This document shows, piece after piece, positions 49,120-62,472 of a stretch of 64,000 nt of DNA. The first letter of the stretch is position 1. Every line of letters starts with the position of its first letter. The stretch is from assembly GCA_028534125.1 (NCBI GenBank), contig CM052832.1, forward strand, positions 7,628,001-7,692,000, written 5' to 3'. Source of the stretch: Lama glama. Lineage: Eukaryota. The position numbers and the translations under genes are program-made. The notes under the pieces are model-generated. The model was not told the origin of the DNA. It did no database searches and saw nothing but the letters and a program-made list of their open reading frames with translations.

Positions 49120-52100
49120 AAGTTTCCTCCATGTATTTTCATGGCTTAATGTCTTATTTCTTTTTAGCACTGAATAATAATCCATTGTCTGAATGTATCA
49201 CAGTTTATTTATCCATTCACCTACTGAAGAACATCTTGGTTGCTTCCAGTTTTTGGCAAGTATGAATAAAGCTGTTATAAATATGCATGTGCAGGGTTTT
49301 GTGCAGACTTAAGTTTTCATTTCCTTTGGGTAAATATGAAGTAGTGCAATCCCTGGATCGTATGGTAAGAATATGTTTAGTTTTGTGAGAAACTGCCAAG
49401 CCGCCTTCCAAAGTGGCTGTGCAGTTGTGCCTACCCACCAACAATGAATGAAAATTCCTCTTTCTCTATATGCTCGCCATCACTGGTGCCGTCCGTGGTC
49501 TGGGTTTTGCCCATTCTAACAGGTGTGGGGTGGTAGCTCGTCATTGTTTTCATTTACATCTCCCTGATGGCATATGACACGGAGCATCTTTCCATATGCT
49601 TATTTGCTGTAGCTCATTTTGGCCAAGGCATTTTTTAATCAGATTGTTTTCTTACTGTTGAGTTTTAAGAGTTCTTTGTATACTTTGGAAAACAGTCCTA
49701 ATACTTTACAGATATTTTCTCACAGTCTGTGGCTTGTCTTTTCATTCTGTTGAAAGTGTCTCTTGCAGCTTAATGGAGTATTAATTTTAATGGAGTCCAG
49801 CTGATCAGTTTTTTTCTTTCATGAATGGTGACCTTGGTGTTGTATCTAAAAAGTCATCACCAAACCCAAGGTTGTCTAGATTTCCTCCTGTTACCTTCTA
49901 GGAGTTTTATAGTTTTGCATTTACACTTAGATCTATGATTCATTTTCAGTTATTTTTTTGTGAAAGATTTAAGGTCTGGTACTTGATCCATTTTTTGCAT
50001 GTATATGTCTAGTTTCAGCACCATGTGTTGAAAAGACTATCTTTGTTCAATTTTATTGCCTTTGCTCCTTTGTCAAAGATCATTTGGTTGTATCTATATG
50101 AGTCTATTTCTGGGCTCTCTGTTCCATTGCAGTGATTTATTTGTCTTTTTCTTTTGTCAATGCCACACTGTCTTGATTACTGTAACTTTATAAAAGTCTT
50201 GGAGTTGGGTAGTGTCAGTGGTCCAACTTTCTTCTTCTCTTCACATTGGCTCTCCTGGGTCTTTTGCTTCTCCCTGTAAACTTTAGAATCAGTTTGTCGA
50301 TATCCATAAAATAAGTTGCTAGGATTTTGATTGGGATTGTTTTGAATCTACAGATCAAATTATGAAGAACTGACATCTTGACAATATCAAGTCTTCCTAT
50401 CCATGATCATGGATTATCTGTTCATTAATTTAGTTTTTCTTTTATTTCTTTCATCATAGGTTTATAGTATCCTCATATATATCTTAATATATATCCTGTT
50501 AGATTTATATCTAAGTATTTTGTTTTTGGAGGTGCTAATGTAAATGGCAGTGTGTTCTTAATTTAAAATTCCATTTGTTCATTACTGGCATATGGGAAAA
50601 TTATTTACTTTTGTATATTAACCTTATACCCTGCAACCTTGCTGTAGTTCCAGGAGTGTATCTGTTCATTCTTTCAGACTATCTGCATAGATGATCATGT
50701 CACCTGCAAACACACACACTTTTCTTTCTTCCTTCCCAACCTGTTTCTCTTTTATTTCCCTTTTCTTTTATTGCATTAACTAGGTCTGCCAGTACAATTT
50801 TGGAAAGCAGCGGTGAGAGGGAACATCCTTGCCTTTTTTCCTGATCTTGGTGGGAAAGCATCTGGTATGTAACCATTAGGTATCATGCTAGCTGTAGTAT
50901 TTTTGTAGATACTCTTTTATCAAGTTGAGGAAGTTCTCTTCTATTCCTAGTTTACTAAGAGTTTTTCTCAAGAATGGGAGTTGGATTTTGTCAAAGGCTT
51001 TTCCTGCATCTATTGATGTGATCATGTGGTTTTTCTTCTTTAGCCTGTTCATGTGATGGATTGCATTAATTGATTTTCAAATGTTGAACCAGCCTTGCAT
51101 ACCTAGGATAAATCCTACTTGGTCATGGCATCTAATTCTTTTTATTCATTGCTAGGTTGAATTTGCTGATTTTTTTTTTTTTTGAGGATTGTTGCATCTG
51201 TGTTCATGAGAGACAATGGTCTGTAGTTCTTTTGTAATGTCTGTGTGTGCTAATAGAGTAATGCTGACCTCATAGAATTAGTTATATTAGATAGAATCCA
51301 TCTGCTTTTAAAGAAAATTGTGGAGAATTAGTATAATTTCTCCCTTAAATGTTTGGTAGAATTTACCGGTGAACCCATCTGGGCCTGGTTCTTTGTTTTA
51401 TAAGGTTATTAATTATTGATTCAACTTTTTTAATAGATTTATAGAGATTGTCTTTTTCTTTTTGTGTGAGTTTGGCAGATTTCAAGGAATTGGTCCATTT
51501 CATCTAGGTTACCATGTTTCTGAGCTTAGTTTTTTCATAATATTCCTTTATTACCCTTTTAATGTTCAAGAGATTTGTAGTGATATCTCCTCCTCTATTT
51601 CTGATATTAATAAGCTGATTCCTCTTTTTTTCTTAGCTGGTTAGAGGCTTACCAATTTGATTGATCTTTTCAAAGAACCAGCTTTTGGTTCTCTTGGGTT
51701 TTTTTTTTTCCCCCTGTTGACTTCCTATTTTGTATTTCATTGGTTTCTGCTCTGCTTTTCAGTATTTCCATTCTTCTGTTCTATCATTTCTATTCTTTAT
51801 TTCCCCTTTTTTCTTGTTTCCTAATTTGGAAGCTTAAATGAATGAGTTTAGATCTTTCTTATTTTCTAATATGTACATTCAGTACTATAAATTTCCCTCT
51901 AAACAGCACTTTTTCTGCATCCCACAAATTTTGATGTTGTGTTTTCAGTTTTAATTTCTCATAAAATTTGATCCATGTGTTACTTAGAAGTATGCTGTTT
52001 AATTTACAAATATTTTGGAATTCCCCTTCTATCTTTCTATTACTGATTTCTAGTTTAATTCCATTGTGCTCTGAGAGCATTGTATGATTTCCATTCTTTC

Positions 52101-54210
52101 AAATTTGTTAGGGTATGTTTTATGGCCTCAGATGTAGTCTATTTTGATGAATGTCCCATGTAAGCTTGAAAAGAATTTATAATCTATCATTGTTGGATGA
52201 AGTGGTCTAAAGATGTCCGTTATGTCCAGTTAATTGATGATGTTGTTGAGTTCCATGTTCTTACTTATTTTATGCCTGTTGGATCCATCCATTTTTGACA
52301 GAGGGGTGTTGAAGTCTCCAGCTACAATGGTGAATTCATGTGTTTCTCCTTGAAGTTCTGTCAGTTTTTGCTTCATGAATTTTTGCTTTTTTTGGTGGGG
52401 AAGATAATTAGATTTGTTTGTTTGTTTGTTTAGGGGAGGTACTGGGTACACAGGACCTTGTGCATGCTAGTATTGCTTGAGCTATACCCTCCCCCACTGC
52501 TTCATGTATTTTGACGCTTTATTGTTAGACATAAACCTGTTGGAGATTGCTATATCTTGGGAAACTGATTTTAATCTATGTGTGTCTTCATATTTAAAGG
52601 GGGTTGCTTATAGACAACATATAGTTGGGTCTTATTTTGATCCACTCTGATAATCTTCACTTTTAAAGGATTATATCACAGAGTACAGAAATCTGGGTTG
52701 GTGGATTTTTTTTTCTTAACACTTTAAATATTTCACTCCACTCTTTTCTTGCCCACATGATTTCTGCGAAGTTGGGTATGATTCTTATCTTTCCTTCTAT
52801 GTATGTAAGGTGTTATTTCCTCTGGCATCTTTTGAATTTTTTTCTTTGATTTTTCTTGTAAAATTTCTTTGATTTCTGAATATGACATGCCTAGGTGTAG
52901 TTTTTTTTTTTTGTATTTATTCTCCTTAGTGTTCTCTGAGCTCCTGGATCTGTAGTTTGATGTCTGACATTAATTTGGAAAAATTCTCAGTCATCATTTT
53001 TTAAAATACTTCTTTTGTTGTTTTCTGTTTTTCCTCTTCTTCTGGTATTCCCATTATGCATGCTATTTTATACCATTCATAGCAGTCTCACAGCTCTTAG
53101 ATATTCTGTTATGTTTTTTCATTCTTTGCTTTTCAGTTTTGGAGGTTTCTACTGTGATATCCTCAAGCTCCAGAGTTCATTTCCTCAGCCATATCCAGCC
53201 TACTAATAAACCCATCAGAGCCATTCTTCATTTCTGTTACACTATTTTTTTTAATCTTTAGCATTTCTTTTTTTATGTTTTCCTTAAAATGTCCATCTCT
53301 TTGCTTACACAGGCCATCTGCTCTTGCATGCTGCCTCCTTTGTCCATTCAAGCCTTTAGCATCATAGTCTGTTAATTCCAACATGTCTGTCACAAATGGG
53401 TCTGATTCTGATGCTTGCTCTGTCTTTTCAAACTGATATTTGCCTTGTAACATACCTTGTAATTTTGTTCTGATAGCCAGACATGATGTACTAGGTAAAA
53501 AGACCTGCCACAAATAGGCCTGTATTAATGTGGTGGTAAGATGTGGGAGGAGGGGGGCATTCTCTACTGCTATGATTGGGTCTCAGGCTTTTAGCGAGCC
53601 TGTGCCTCTGGAGTGTGAATTTCACAACTGCTTCTTGGTGTCCCATCCACCCCTGCCCCTAACAACCTATTACGTGGGTCAGGGTGGCTACAGTGGACTG
53701 AAGTTGGATAGTTCCCTTTTCCCAAGTCAGTTAGGCTCTGGTTTGTTTCTCCTGAGGGTTAGACCTTGTTAAGAAGAACAGAATGCTTTGGTGTATTTCA
53801 AAATATTTTTCATCCCTCTCCTCGCCTGAAGGATGTGATATTCACTGTGAGAACCTGGGAGAGTTCCAGGAGGTGAAACTCATACAAGTTTGAGTTCTCC
53901 TCCCCATCTCATGTGACTGGGTCCCCCCGTGTTTTATCTCCCACGTTTGTCCACAGAGCTTCTAGCAGTTTGTCCATTACAGTTCAGTTTTCGCTCCGCC
54001 AGCACTGGTTCCCAGAGGCTGTTGCCTGTAGATTTGTGCCTCAGTAAGTTGTGACTGTCTGTACTTGCCTCTGACGTTACTTCCCCTTTGGACCTAAGAG
54101 TTGATTTTTTCCAGTTGGTTCTACTGTAACTATATCATAACTTTTACTTGTTAGGACAGATTGGCAACTTATAAGCTCCTCTTACACGCTGGACCAGAAA
54201 CCAGAAGTCC
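49120..54210 (-). mobile_element. Near full-length decayed LINE-1 (L1MC-like)
   Basis: Colinear 3'UTR, ORF2 (LSEHNGIKLEIS..NLWDAEKVLFRGKFI; TIVAGDFNTPLS), ORF1 remnant and 5' end ...accagaagtcc. Confidence 0.92.
52384..52496 (-). mobile_element. tRNA-derived SINE (Vic-1-like) nested in L1
   Basis: (tttg)n-ggaggtactggg...tgagctataccctccccc; TSD tgcttcatg[a/t]atttt at 52369-52383 and 52498-52512. Confidence 0.85.
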
Positions 54211-54419
54211 TCCAGTTATTCCAACTTAATATAAAGAGTTTATCAGGCTCTAGAGCAGTAATTTAAAAGAGCTGGTTGAATGCTTATATAATTCTTCCCT
54301 GAATTTTGATACACCCTCCAGTGGTAGGTGGTGCGGTTTGGTGTCAGGGATTTAATAGCTACTGTGACAAGCACAGCCTCTGGACTGGCATTTGGGAGTA
54401 AGTCAGGCTCTCTGCCCTG

Positions 54420-54722
54420 GGTCTCACCTAGAACACTTCCCTGTCCTGCTACCCATTCCCCTCCCATCCCCAACTCAGGCCTCAGCTGAGTGTCTCTTCC
54501 TTCAGGAAGCTGTCATGACCACCACAACCCACCTCTGGCTGCCCTCTCACCTGGTCCCACCGCACTAACTTCTCGTTGTGTAGCTCCCATCACCCGTCAC
54601 TTCTCACTCAGCGTCTCTCCCCTTAGACTGCTCGGCGGGAGGGGCAGGAACCACACCTGTGACCAGAGCTGTCCCCACTGCACCTGCAGCCTGCTTACTG
54701 AATACAGAAGTGAGTGACTGAC
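54420..54722 (+). mobile_element. L2 3' region
   Basis: ctcagctgagtgtctcttccttcaggaagc...gtctctccccttagactgctc...ggggcaggaaccac. Confidence 0.6.
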
Positions 54723-55424
54723 AGTCGGTTCATACAGAAATACACAGTCTCGGGTGGCTGCCACCGTCAACCCCTCTGTCTTGACCGTTCTGTGTCATAA
54801 TTTTGCTGCTCGTTGTCTTCCAGAAATTCTGAAGAACCTTCATTCACCACTGACGTCCGGGCACTGAGGCAGTGTTTCCTTTTAGTTTCCATTGTATCAT
54901 TGTTGACAACTTTGGAAAGAGAAAATTCAGTGGAGTAACACCGTCAGTCAATCGAGATTGTTAAAAAATTATTTCATACTACTATAAACTTACCATTGAT
55001 TATAATTTTCAGTAACAGAATACTTGAGCTTAAAATGTTTAGATGCATCAAAACCATTTAACAGTGTTGTTTCAGACGACTTGGATTCTGTTTCTGGCAA
55101 ACAAGGCACTTGGCTCCATTGATGCCGAAGTTTTTACTCCTGGCAGATAGCAGTAATGAGAAGCCCAGACATGCTCCCAGGGGGAGCTGAGAACTGGCGT
55201 GAGAGGAACCATTTGCTTTGCAGCACTGCTTAGGAGTTATTCAGGTCACTAATTTATTTTTCTTTACGATTGCTGCTGATGGTTATCTAGTGAAATGATA
55301 AGTGTGTGGTCTAAGCCTAATTTTTAGGAGCTAAGAATATCTCAGCCCCCACTCGCCTAGTGAACACATGTTAGCATTTCACATTGCTGTCCAGAGGAAA
55401 CTAAGCTACCTGCAAGTCAAATGC

Positions 55425-55545
55425 ATTTATTCATTAGATTATTTATTGAGTACCTACTTATGTGCCGTGTGTTGGCTTACAGCCTGGACATACAGAGATA
55501 AATAAAATGGCAACACCCCTGCCTTCTGGAGAACTTCGGGTCAAA
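55425..55545 (-). mobile_element. L2 3' end
   Basis: atttattcattagattatttattgagtacctacttatgtgcc...acagagataaataaaa. Confidence 0.7.
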
Positions 55546-57764
55546 CAAGAAAAATGAGAATTAATTGTTCTACTGAGCTTCCCCAAAATGGAGATTTTGA
55601 TTACTACCTCCTGCCAGTTTGGTACTGTTTATACATATATTGATACGTGTTTATAGCTTGGAATAATTTCAGACATCCATGTTTGGTTGTGTGTAATATA
55701 GGTAGCTGAAGAAAAGTTTAATATTACTGGCATCTAATTATTATTACCGTAGATGTACTTAAGTGTCTACAGTATCATGGAAAGAATAGCTTATACGTAG
55801 AAATGGTAGTTTTATTTAGTCTCATGTAAGATTGCTAAAAATCACATTCACAAAAAGCTTTTCTCCAAAATACAGTGTTATTTGTATCAACTATGTAATT
55901 ATTCTGCTCAGCGACAACAAAGAAATTAACCAGTTCTCTCATAATTTGATTGAGATGACTTGGGCAACTAGAAATGGTAATTTTTAATAATTAAACCTGA
56001 ATGTAGAGATGTTTCTATTTACAATGCTGAAATAACTTCTAAGAAGAACATGATACAGACTTAGAAAAAAACATGCATAAAATGACACGTTCCTCAAGAT
56101 TTATAGGCTCCAGTTGGAATAGATGTCTGTTCCCTCTTCTGCCAGCCAGGGAAGACCTCTTATTTAAAGGGCAGGGCTCCCTCCACTGTCTTGAATCAAG
56201 CCTCTCCTGTCTGACAAACTGCCCTCCACGATTTTTCACGGGATGTTTATAACATTGGGAAGTATACAGAAAAGGATAATGTTTAATGAAGAGCTTTGCG
56301 TGTTCCAGTGCTATACATCATACGGTTCAATTTAGATTCTCTGACACATCAGAGTTACAATGAAATTATCAAAAGGGGGCAAGTCACATGGCATTGGTAC
56401 AAACAAGATGTGCCTATTTGTATTTAGGTTTGCTAATGAAATTCAGCCATGAGCCCCACTTTGATTTTAAGAGGCTTAGACCACCATTCAGTTTTATTCA
56501 CTGTAATTAAATCTCTTGCCCACACGCAAGAAAAGGGGGCATATTTTATCTCTGAAAAAGCTCTTACAGAGCTTTGATATGAAGCTCCAGAGCTTCAAAG
56601 ATTTGTAGTATTAAAGCAAAACAGTATGTCTCCGAGGGCACGGTCACCTCCTTTAGCAAACGGAGGGGCTGGGAGAGGCTTGGACTCTGAATCCAGCGAC
56701 CCCACAGAGAGGGCAGGGCTGAATCTGGGCTGAGGGGGTCGGGGTAGGGGCAGTGAACTGGACACAACGTGATGCAGTCTCCGCTGTTGCTACCAGAAGT
56801 AGAAAAAGGCCAGGTAAAAGCACAGCTGGTTCTGACTGGAAAGCCGGGAGAGAGGTGGGGTGTGAGGAGGGCTGATTTAGCTATCTTGGCAAACAGTGTG
56901 CATACATGAAATTCAGAGAGGTACCTACCTTCCCAGGCCCCGCCCAGCTCAGTCTTCCAATAAATCGAACACTTAGGCTCACTTAACCTGTAAGGACTAG
57001 TGGAGGCCTGTGGCTTTCCGTTTACTCCATGACTGCCTCCTCTTTTCCTCCCGGCAGAGCCAAGCCAGTCGCTGTGGGCCCTCTGCCCCCTGTGCCCTCG
57101 TCATCCCTGTGGAGTAGAAGAGAGCTTTCGGGAAACCACCAGGTCCTTGGCAGCCAGGGCGGTTCCTGTGGGCCGCAGATCATCCAAAATGCAGAGAGCC
57201 TACCCTACACTTAGTTAATTGGGAGTTAACGGTCGCTTGGGAGAGGGTGAATGTATGCTCCAAATCTTTTTATTGTCCTTTTTCTACTGGATTTAACCCA
57301 AATTGGCCAACTCCAAACAGATCCAGACTGGCCACATTATTTGCTTGGCCCTAAATCAGCCACCGAGCACAGCCTTAGTAAGACTTCAGTGCAAGTGGTG
57401 TGACGCCCCCTTAAAGGTCCTCAAGATGCTTACTTTGCCACAAAATCTTTCACCAGGGGTATCTTAATTATTTTGATATTGCATCCATTTATCAAAACTA
57501 TTATGTGAGACACTCCGGGAAATTGTGATTCTCTAAGGGAGAGCTAATCACGTTGCAGAAGAGGCGGGGGTAGAGCTGAAAGCTCGCAGTGGCCTCGCTC
57601 TGACGACTCAGCGGTCCTTTTTCAGACGGCATTACGTCTCTCCCTTCCCCTAGTCTCCCCACTTTTGTTCTACTCCCGGGGGTTCTTCATCTGGAAAAAC
57701 AATTTTTTTCCCTACATCTGTTTTGCCCATTAAGGTCAGAGAAGCTGAACACATGGCTTTGGGC

Positions 57765-57930
57765 AGAATGAGAACCATCTATAAAGAGCCCTAGAGTGAG
57801 TCAGGAACCTGGGCCCTGCCCACATGACCATGGATGGGTCACTGTCTCTGGACGTTAGTTTTTTTTCATCTGTTAAATTAGGAACTGGCCTAGAGTTCAC
57901 AAAGATACTCTCTAATTCCAAAACTTTAAT
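57765..57930 (+). mobile_element. MIR3
   Basis: gagtcaggaacctggg...tctctggacgttagttttttttcatctgttaaat. Confidence 0.6.
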
Positions 57931-58744
57931 GTTCCTTGGTTTTAGATGTAAGCAAAAGATTTGTTCAACTGGGGTCAATAGGCTTAGTTTCCACATCCTT
58001 TTTGTCATTATGGAACTAAACGTGCTGTGGCCATCTGAAGGGCTGTGTCCCTAACAAGGGCATCACAGCATCTGGGAAGGAAAAACAGTGACTGGTCTAC
58101 AGAACCCACAGGAAGTAAGGAATGTGAAAGACGCAGGTAACCCGTCTGCTCTCTGCGTAAAAAAGAACGTACACTTCTTTTGTATTAAATGCTAATATCA
58201 GGATTTCCATTACGAAATACTGTTTACTGTATCATCATGACAGACTCTGAAAGGGTTCCATTTATTGACAGTACCACTTGGGGTCCTGGTAACGGTATAC
58301 TCGCCGCCTCTGCCGCCGCCGTCAGCCCTCACGTGCATCTGGGTCACCTGGATTGGTTTTAAGACATTCCAAACCCTGATCCTACTCAGCCCAACTGACT
58401 TAAAAAAAATAAGTAACATATTCTGGCTTCACTTTTTTAAACTCCCCAGGTGATCTGGATGCACAGTGCTTTTTATCACACACTATTCTTAAAATTAGTC
58501 TGGAAAATAAGCACTAGCTGAGAATGAAGATGATTCAGGTTCAAGTCCCATCGCTGTACTCGGCAGCACCGTGCTGGGCTACTCTAGTTGAAATTTGAAG
58601 TACAACTCTGATTTACTCTAGGTGATGTTTTAGCAAGAATCGAGTTCGTTAGGAGTGGGAGGACAATATGCCTCTGGTAATTTGGATGGAATAAATCAGG
58701 CCATATTTCAGGGGGTTCTTTGTTTTCTTTTGTTTCGTGTAAGA

Positions 58745-58900
58745 CAATCTGGCATAAGGAAAAGAATACAGGCCCTGGGCTTTGAATCCTAAATCTACCA
58801 GTCACTAGACTTGTCACCTTAAAAAGGAGAAAAATAGGACCTTTTTTATTAGCTGTGGTAAAGTTAAATTAGATATGGACATGGAAGTACTTCATAACCC
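58745..58900 (+). mobile_element. MIR
   Basis: aggccctgggctttgaatcctaaatctaccagtcactag...gtggtaaagttaaattagat. Confidence 0.5.
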
Positions 58901-59322
58901 ATTAAAAATGTATTTTTTTAAATATTTGCCCCTCCCTGCTTTGAGAAATACACAAATCTTGTGTTCTTTTGTTATTTGAAATTAAATATTGTAATTAAAA
59001 GTAAGAGCAAACAGAATGATTGCTTATGTTTTCTCTTTGTAACCCTTGAGAATGACCTTTTAATACATCTTACTTGTGGTGGTTAAACCACTGACAGTAA
59101 ATTGGAATCTTTAGTGACTGCAGGGACTGTGTTATATAGCTTTGTGTCCTTTGCACCACCAAGCACATAGTGACTTATACAGAGTTAGAACTTAATATCT
59201 GAGATGTGCTAAAATCAAATTATGCCATTGTATAGGAATTCAGGTTGTAGAATCAAAATCTTCTGTCTTAGGCCTTTGAAAAATTGAAATATTTGTAAGT
59301 GAATTTGAGACCTATAATTTTT

Positions 59323-62300
59323 TTCCTTTTTGTCTAGCTTTATTGAGGGACAATTTAAATAAGCAACCTAACTTTATATATTTAAAATCTTTTTCTTAAT
59401 GTAGGCATTTAGAGCTGCTTTTGCTGTGTAAGTTTTGGTATGTTTGTAGGGCTTTTGTTGTTTGTCTCAAGATTTTTTTAACATCCCTTTTGATTTCTTA
59501 TTTGACCCATTTGTTCAGATGTGTGGAGTTTTTTATTTCTACGTATTTGTGAATTTTCTCGCTTTCCTCTTGTTACTGATTTCTAGTTTCATTGCATTTA
59601 GAAAAGATAACTTGGTATGATTTCAGTTTTCCTAAGTTTAAGCCTTGTTTTGAGATATGGTCTACCCTGGAGAATATCTGTACTTAAGAATGTGTATCCT
59701 GCTGCTGTGGATAGAATGTCTTTTAGATCCAAATGGCCTCAAGTGTAGGTCAAGCCCATTATTTTCTTATTGATATTCTGTCTGGATGATTAATACCCCA
59801 CTTTCAACAATGGATAGAAGTCCCCTACTATTACTATATTGCTGTTTCTTGCCTTCAGATCTGTAAAAAATGCTTTAATATATTTAGATGCTCTGATGAC
59901 GAGTGCATATATATTTACAACTGTTACAGCCTTCTGATGAATTGACCCCTTATCCGTGTAAGGACCTTCTGTATCTCCTCTTACAACTTTTGATTCAAAG
60001 TCTATTTTTTCTGACATAAATATAGCTACCCCAGTTCTTTTTTGTTTCCCATTTTCAGGGAATCGCTTTTTCCTCCCTTTACTTTCAGCCTATGTATCTT
60101 TGAAGCTTAAGTGAGTCTTTTGTAGGCCGCATACAGTTGGTTCTTTTTGTTTGGTTGGTTGGTTGTTTTAATCCATTCACACACTCTGTGTGTTTTAACT
60201 GGAATATTTAAACCATTTAGAGTGATTACTGATAGGTAAAGACTTAGTGTTGCCATTTTGGTAAGTGTTTTCTGATGATCTTGTAGTTCCCTCCTTCCGT
60301 TCTCTCTAGCTGTCTCACTTTAAGCGTTGATGACTTCTTGGCAGTGGTATGCTGTGAGTCTCTTCTCTTTATCACTAGCATTCCAGTTACAGTCTGTTGC
60401 TTTGCCATTACCACGAGGCTTTCATAATACATCTTATAACAGTCTATTTTGTGATGGTTACAACTTTAATTGCATAAAGATGTTCTACACATTTACTTGT
60501 CCCCCACACACCTTGTCAGTATCACAACTTCCATTTTTAATAGCGTGTATCAATGACAAAATATTTCAGCTATGGTTTTTTCACATAATTGATTTACATA
60601 CCACCATTGCAGTATTAAAATATTTTGAATTTATCTATAGATTTACCTTTATTCAGTGACTTATACTTTCATAGGTTTCACGTTACTAGTTAGCATACTT
60701 TTGCTTCAGCTTGAAGAACTCCCTTTAGTATTTCTTGTAAGGTAGGTATAGTGGTGATAAACAAAAGCTGAGGGAATTTATCTGAGAAAGGCTTTCTCTC
60801 TATCCAGAAACTACTTTCCTGGGTAAAGAATTCTTGATTGGTGGGTTTTTTTGGTTTTTGTTTCAACACTTTGAACATGTCTTCTCATTTTCTTCTGGCC
60901 TGCAAGGTTTCTTCTGAGAAATCTGCTGATAACCTTAGCTGGGTTCACTTGTATGTAATGACTAAACTCTTGCTGCTTTCAGAATTCTTTGATTTTTAAG
61001 ATTATGGTTATAATATGTCTCAGTGAATCTCTTTGGGCTGAATCTGTTTGGGGATCCTTGAGCTTCATGTATCTGGATGCTCATATCTCTCCCCAGATAC
61101 CAGAAGTTTTCAACCATTATTTCTTTAAATGAGTTTTTTGACCCTCTCTCTCTCTTCTCCATCTAAGGACTCCAGTAAATCAAATACAGTCGTCCCTCAG
61201 AATCTGCAGAGAAATTAGTTCCAGGACCTTCCATGGATACCAAAATCTGCAGATGTTCAAGTACTTTATATAAAATAACAGTTTTGCATGTAACCTATGT
61301 ACATCCTCCCATATACTTTAAATCATCTCTAGATTACTTATAATACCTAATTCAATGTAAATACTATGTAAATAGTTGCCAGCCCACAGCAAATCCAAGT
61401 TTTGCTTTTTGGAACTTCCTGGAATTTTTTTCCAACTATTTTTGACCAGAAGTTGGTTGAATGTGTAAACACAGAACCTGCAGATGAGGAGGGTTGACTG
61501 TATTGTTTCAGTTAATGGTGTCTCCTAATTTACATAGACTTTCTTCACTCTTTTTTCGTTCTTACTTCTTTTCTCCTCTTAATGAATAATATCAAGAAAT
61601 CTATCTTCAAATTTGCACATTTTTTGCTTGATTGAGCCTGTTTTTGAAGCTCTCTTGCATTTTTCATTTCATTCATTGTATCTTTCAGCACCAAAATTTC
61701 TTTTGTTCTTACGATTTCTGTCTCTTTAACGTCTCATTTTGTTCATGCATTGCCTTCCTGAGTTCTTTGAGTTGTCTATTAGTTTTCTTAAAATAATTAT
61801 TTTGAATTCTTTTTCAGGTAACTCACAGATAACTATTTCTTTAGGGTTAGTTCCTAGAAAATTATCGAATTCCTTTAGTTGTGTTATGTTTCCTTGCTTT
61901 TTCATGTTTTGCATTGCACTGACGTTTGTACACTTGAGGGAGCAGTCACCTCTGGCCTTTTCAGGTTGATTCTGATGGGGAAGGACTTTCACCTGAAGGT
62001 GTCTGTGAGGGCTGTGGCTGGGTGGGTTTCAGCAGCTCTGATTCTGGGGAGAGCATAGTGAGTTTGTATGCTGCTCCATCAGCCAAGGTCAACATGACAA
62101 AGACTGCAGAGATCTTCAGTGGCCCAGACTGCGGAGGTCCTGCAAGTGGCAGTGGTATCCAGGGCTGCTGGGATCTTCCTTTTTTGCCTGTGGGAGGAAG
62201 TTCTAGCCAAGGGGCTCCTTTTCAATGCCAGGTTTGGTGCATTGGTACTCAGATTGGCAGTGGAGCTGGGGTTCTGGGATCAGGCACATATGGAACTTCC

Positions 62301-62472
62301 TGGATGGAGTGATGCAAAAGAAAAAAAATGCTTCCTATACTTTTTGATGTGGTCAGGCTTGGTTTTTAAGCTCCAGAAAGTTTCTGCTGCTTCTCTGTTG
62401 GTATTCAGAACTATTTTTGTGGAAAAGACGAGTTTTGGGACCTTCTAGTCTACAATCTTGCTGATATCAGTC
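59323..62472 (-). mobile_element. LINE-1 (L1MA-like) with both termini but internally deleted
   Basis: Poly(T)/3' tail, endonuclease (SEKIDFESK..KGSIHQKAVTVVNIYA..IVIVGDF), ORF1 (FKEIMVENF..IQIHEAQGSPNR; ELPEKEFKIIILRKL), 5' end ...atcttgctgatatcag; degenerate TSD cctataattttt / cctaaaattctt. Confidence 0.88.
61187..61500 (+). mobile_element. MER2B (TcMar-Tigger MITE) nested in L1 ORF1
   Basis: TA-cagtcgtccctc...ggataccaaaatc...actttaaatcatctctagattacttataatacctaat...gagggttgactg-TA. Confidence 0.9.

Noticed and set aside
56727..56750. G-quadruplex motif
   Set aside because: Common in mammalian DNA, with no context suggesting function
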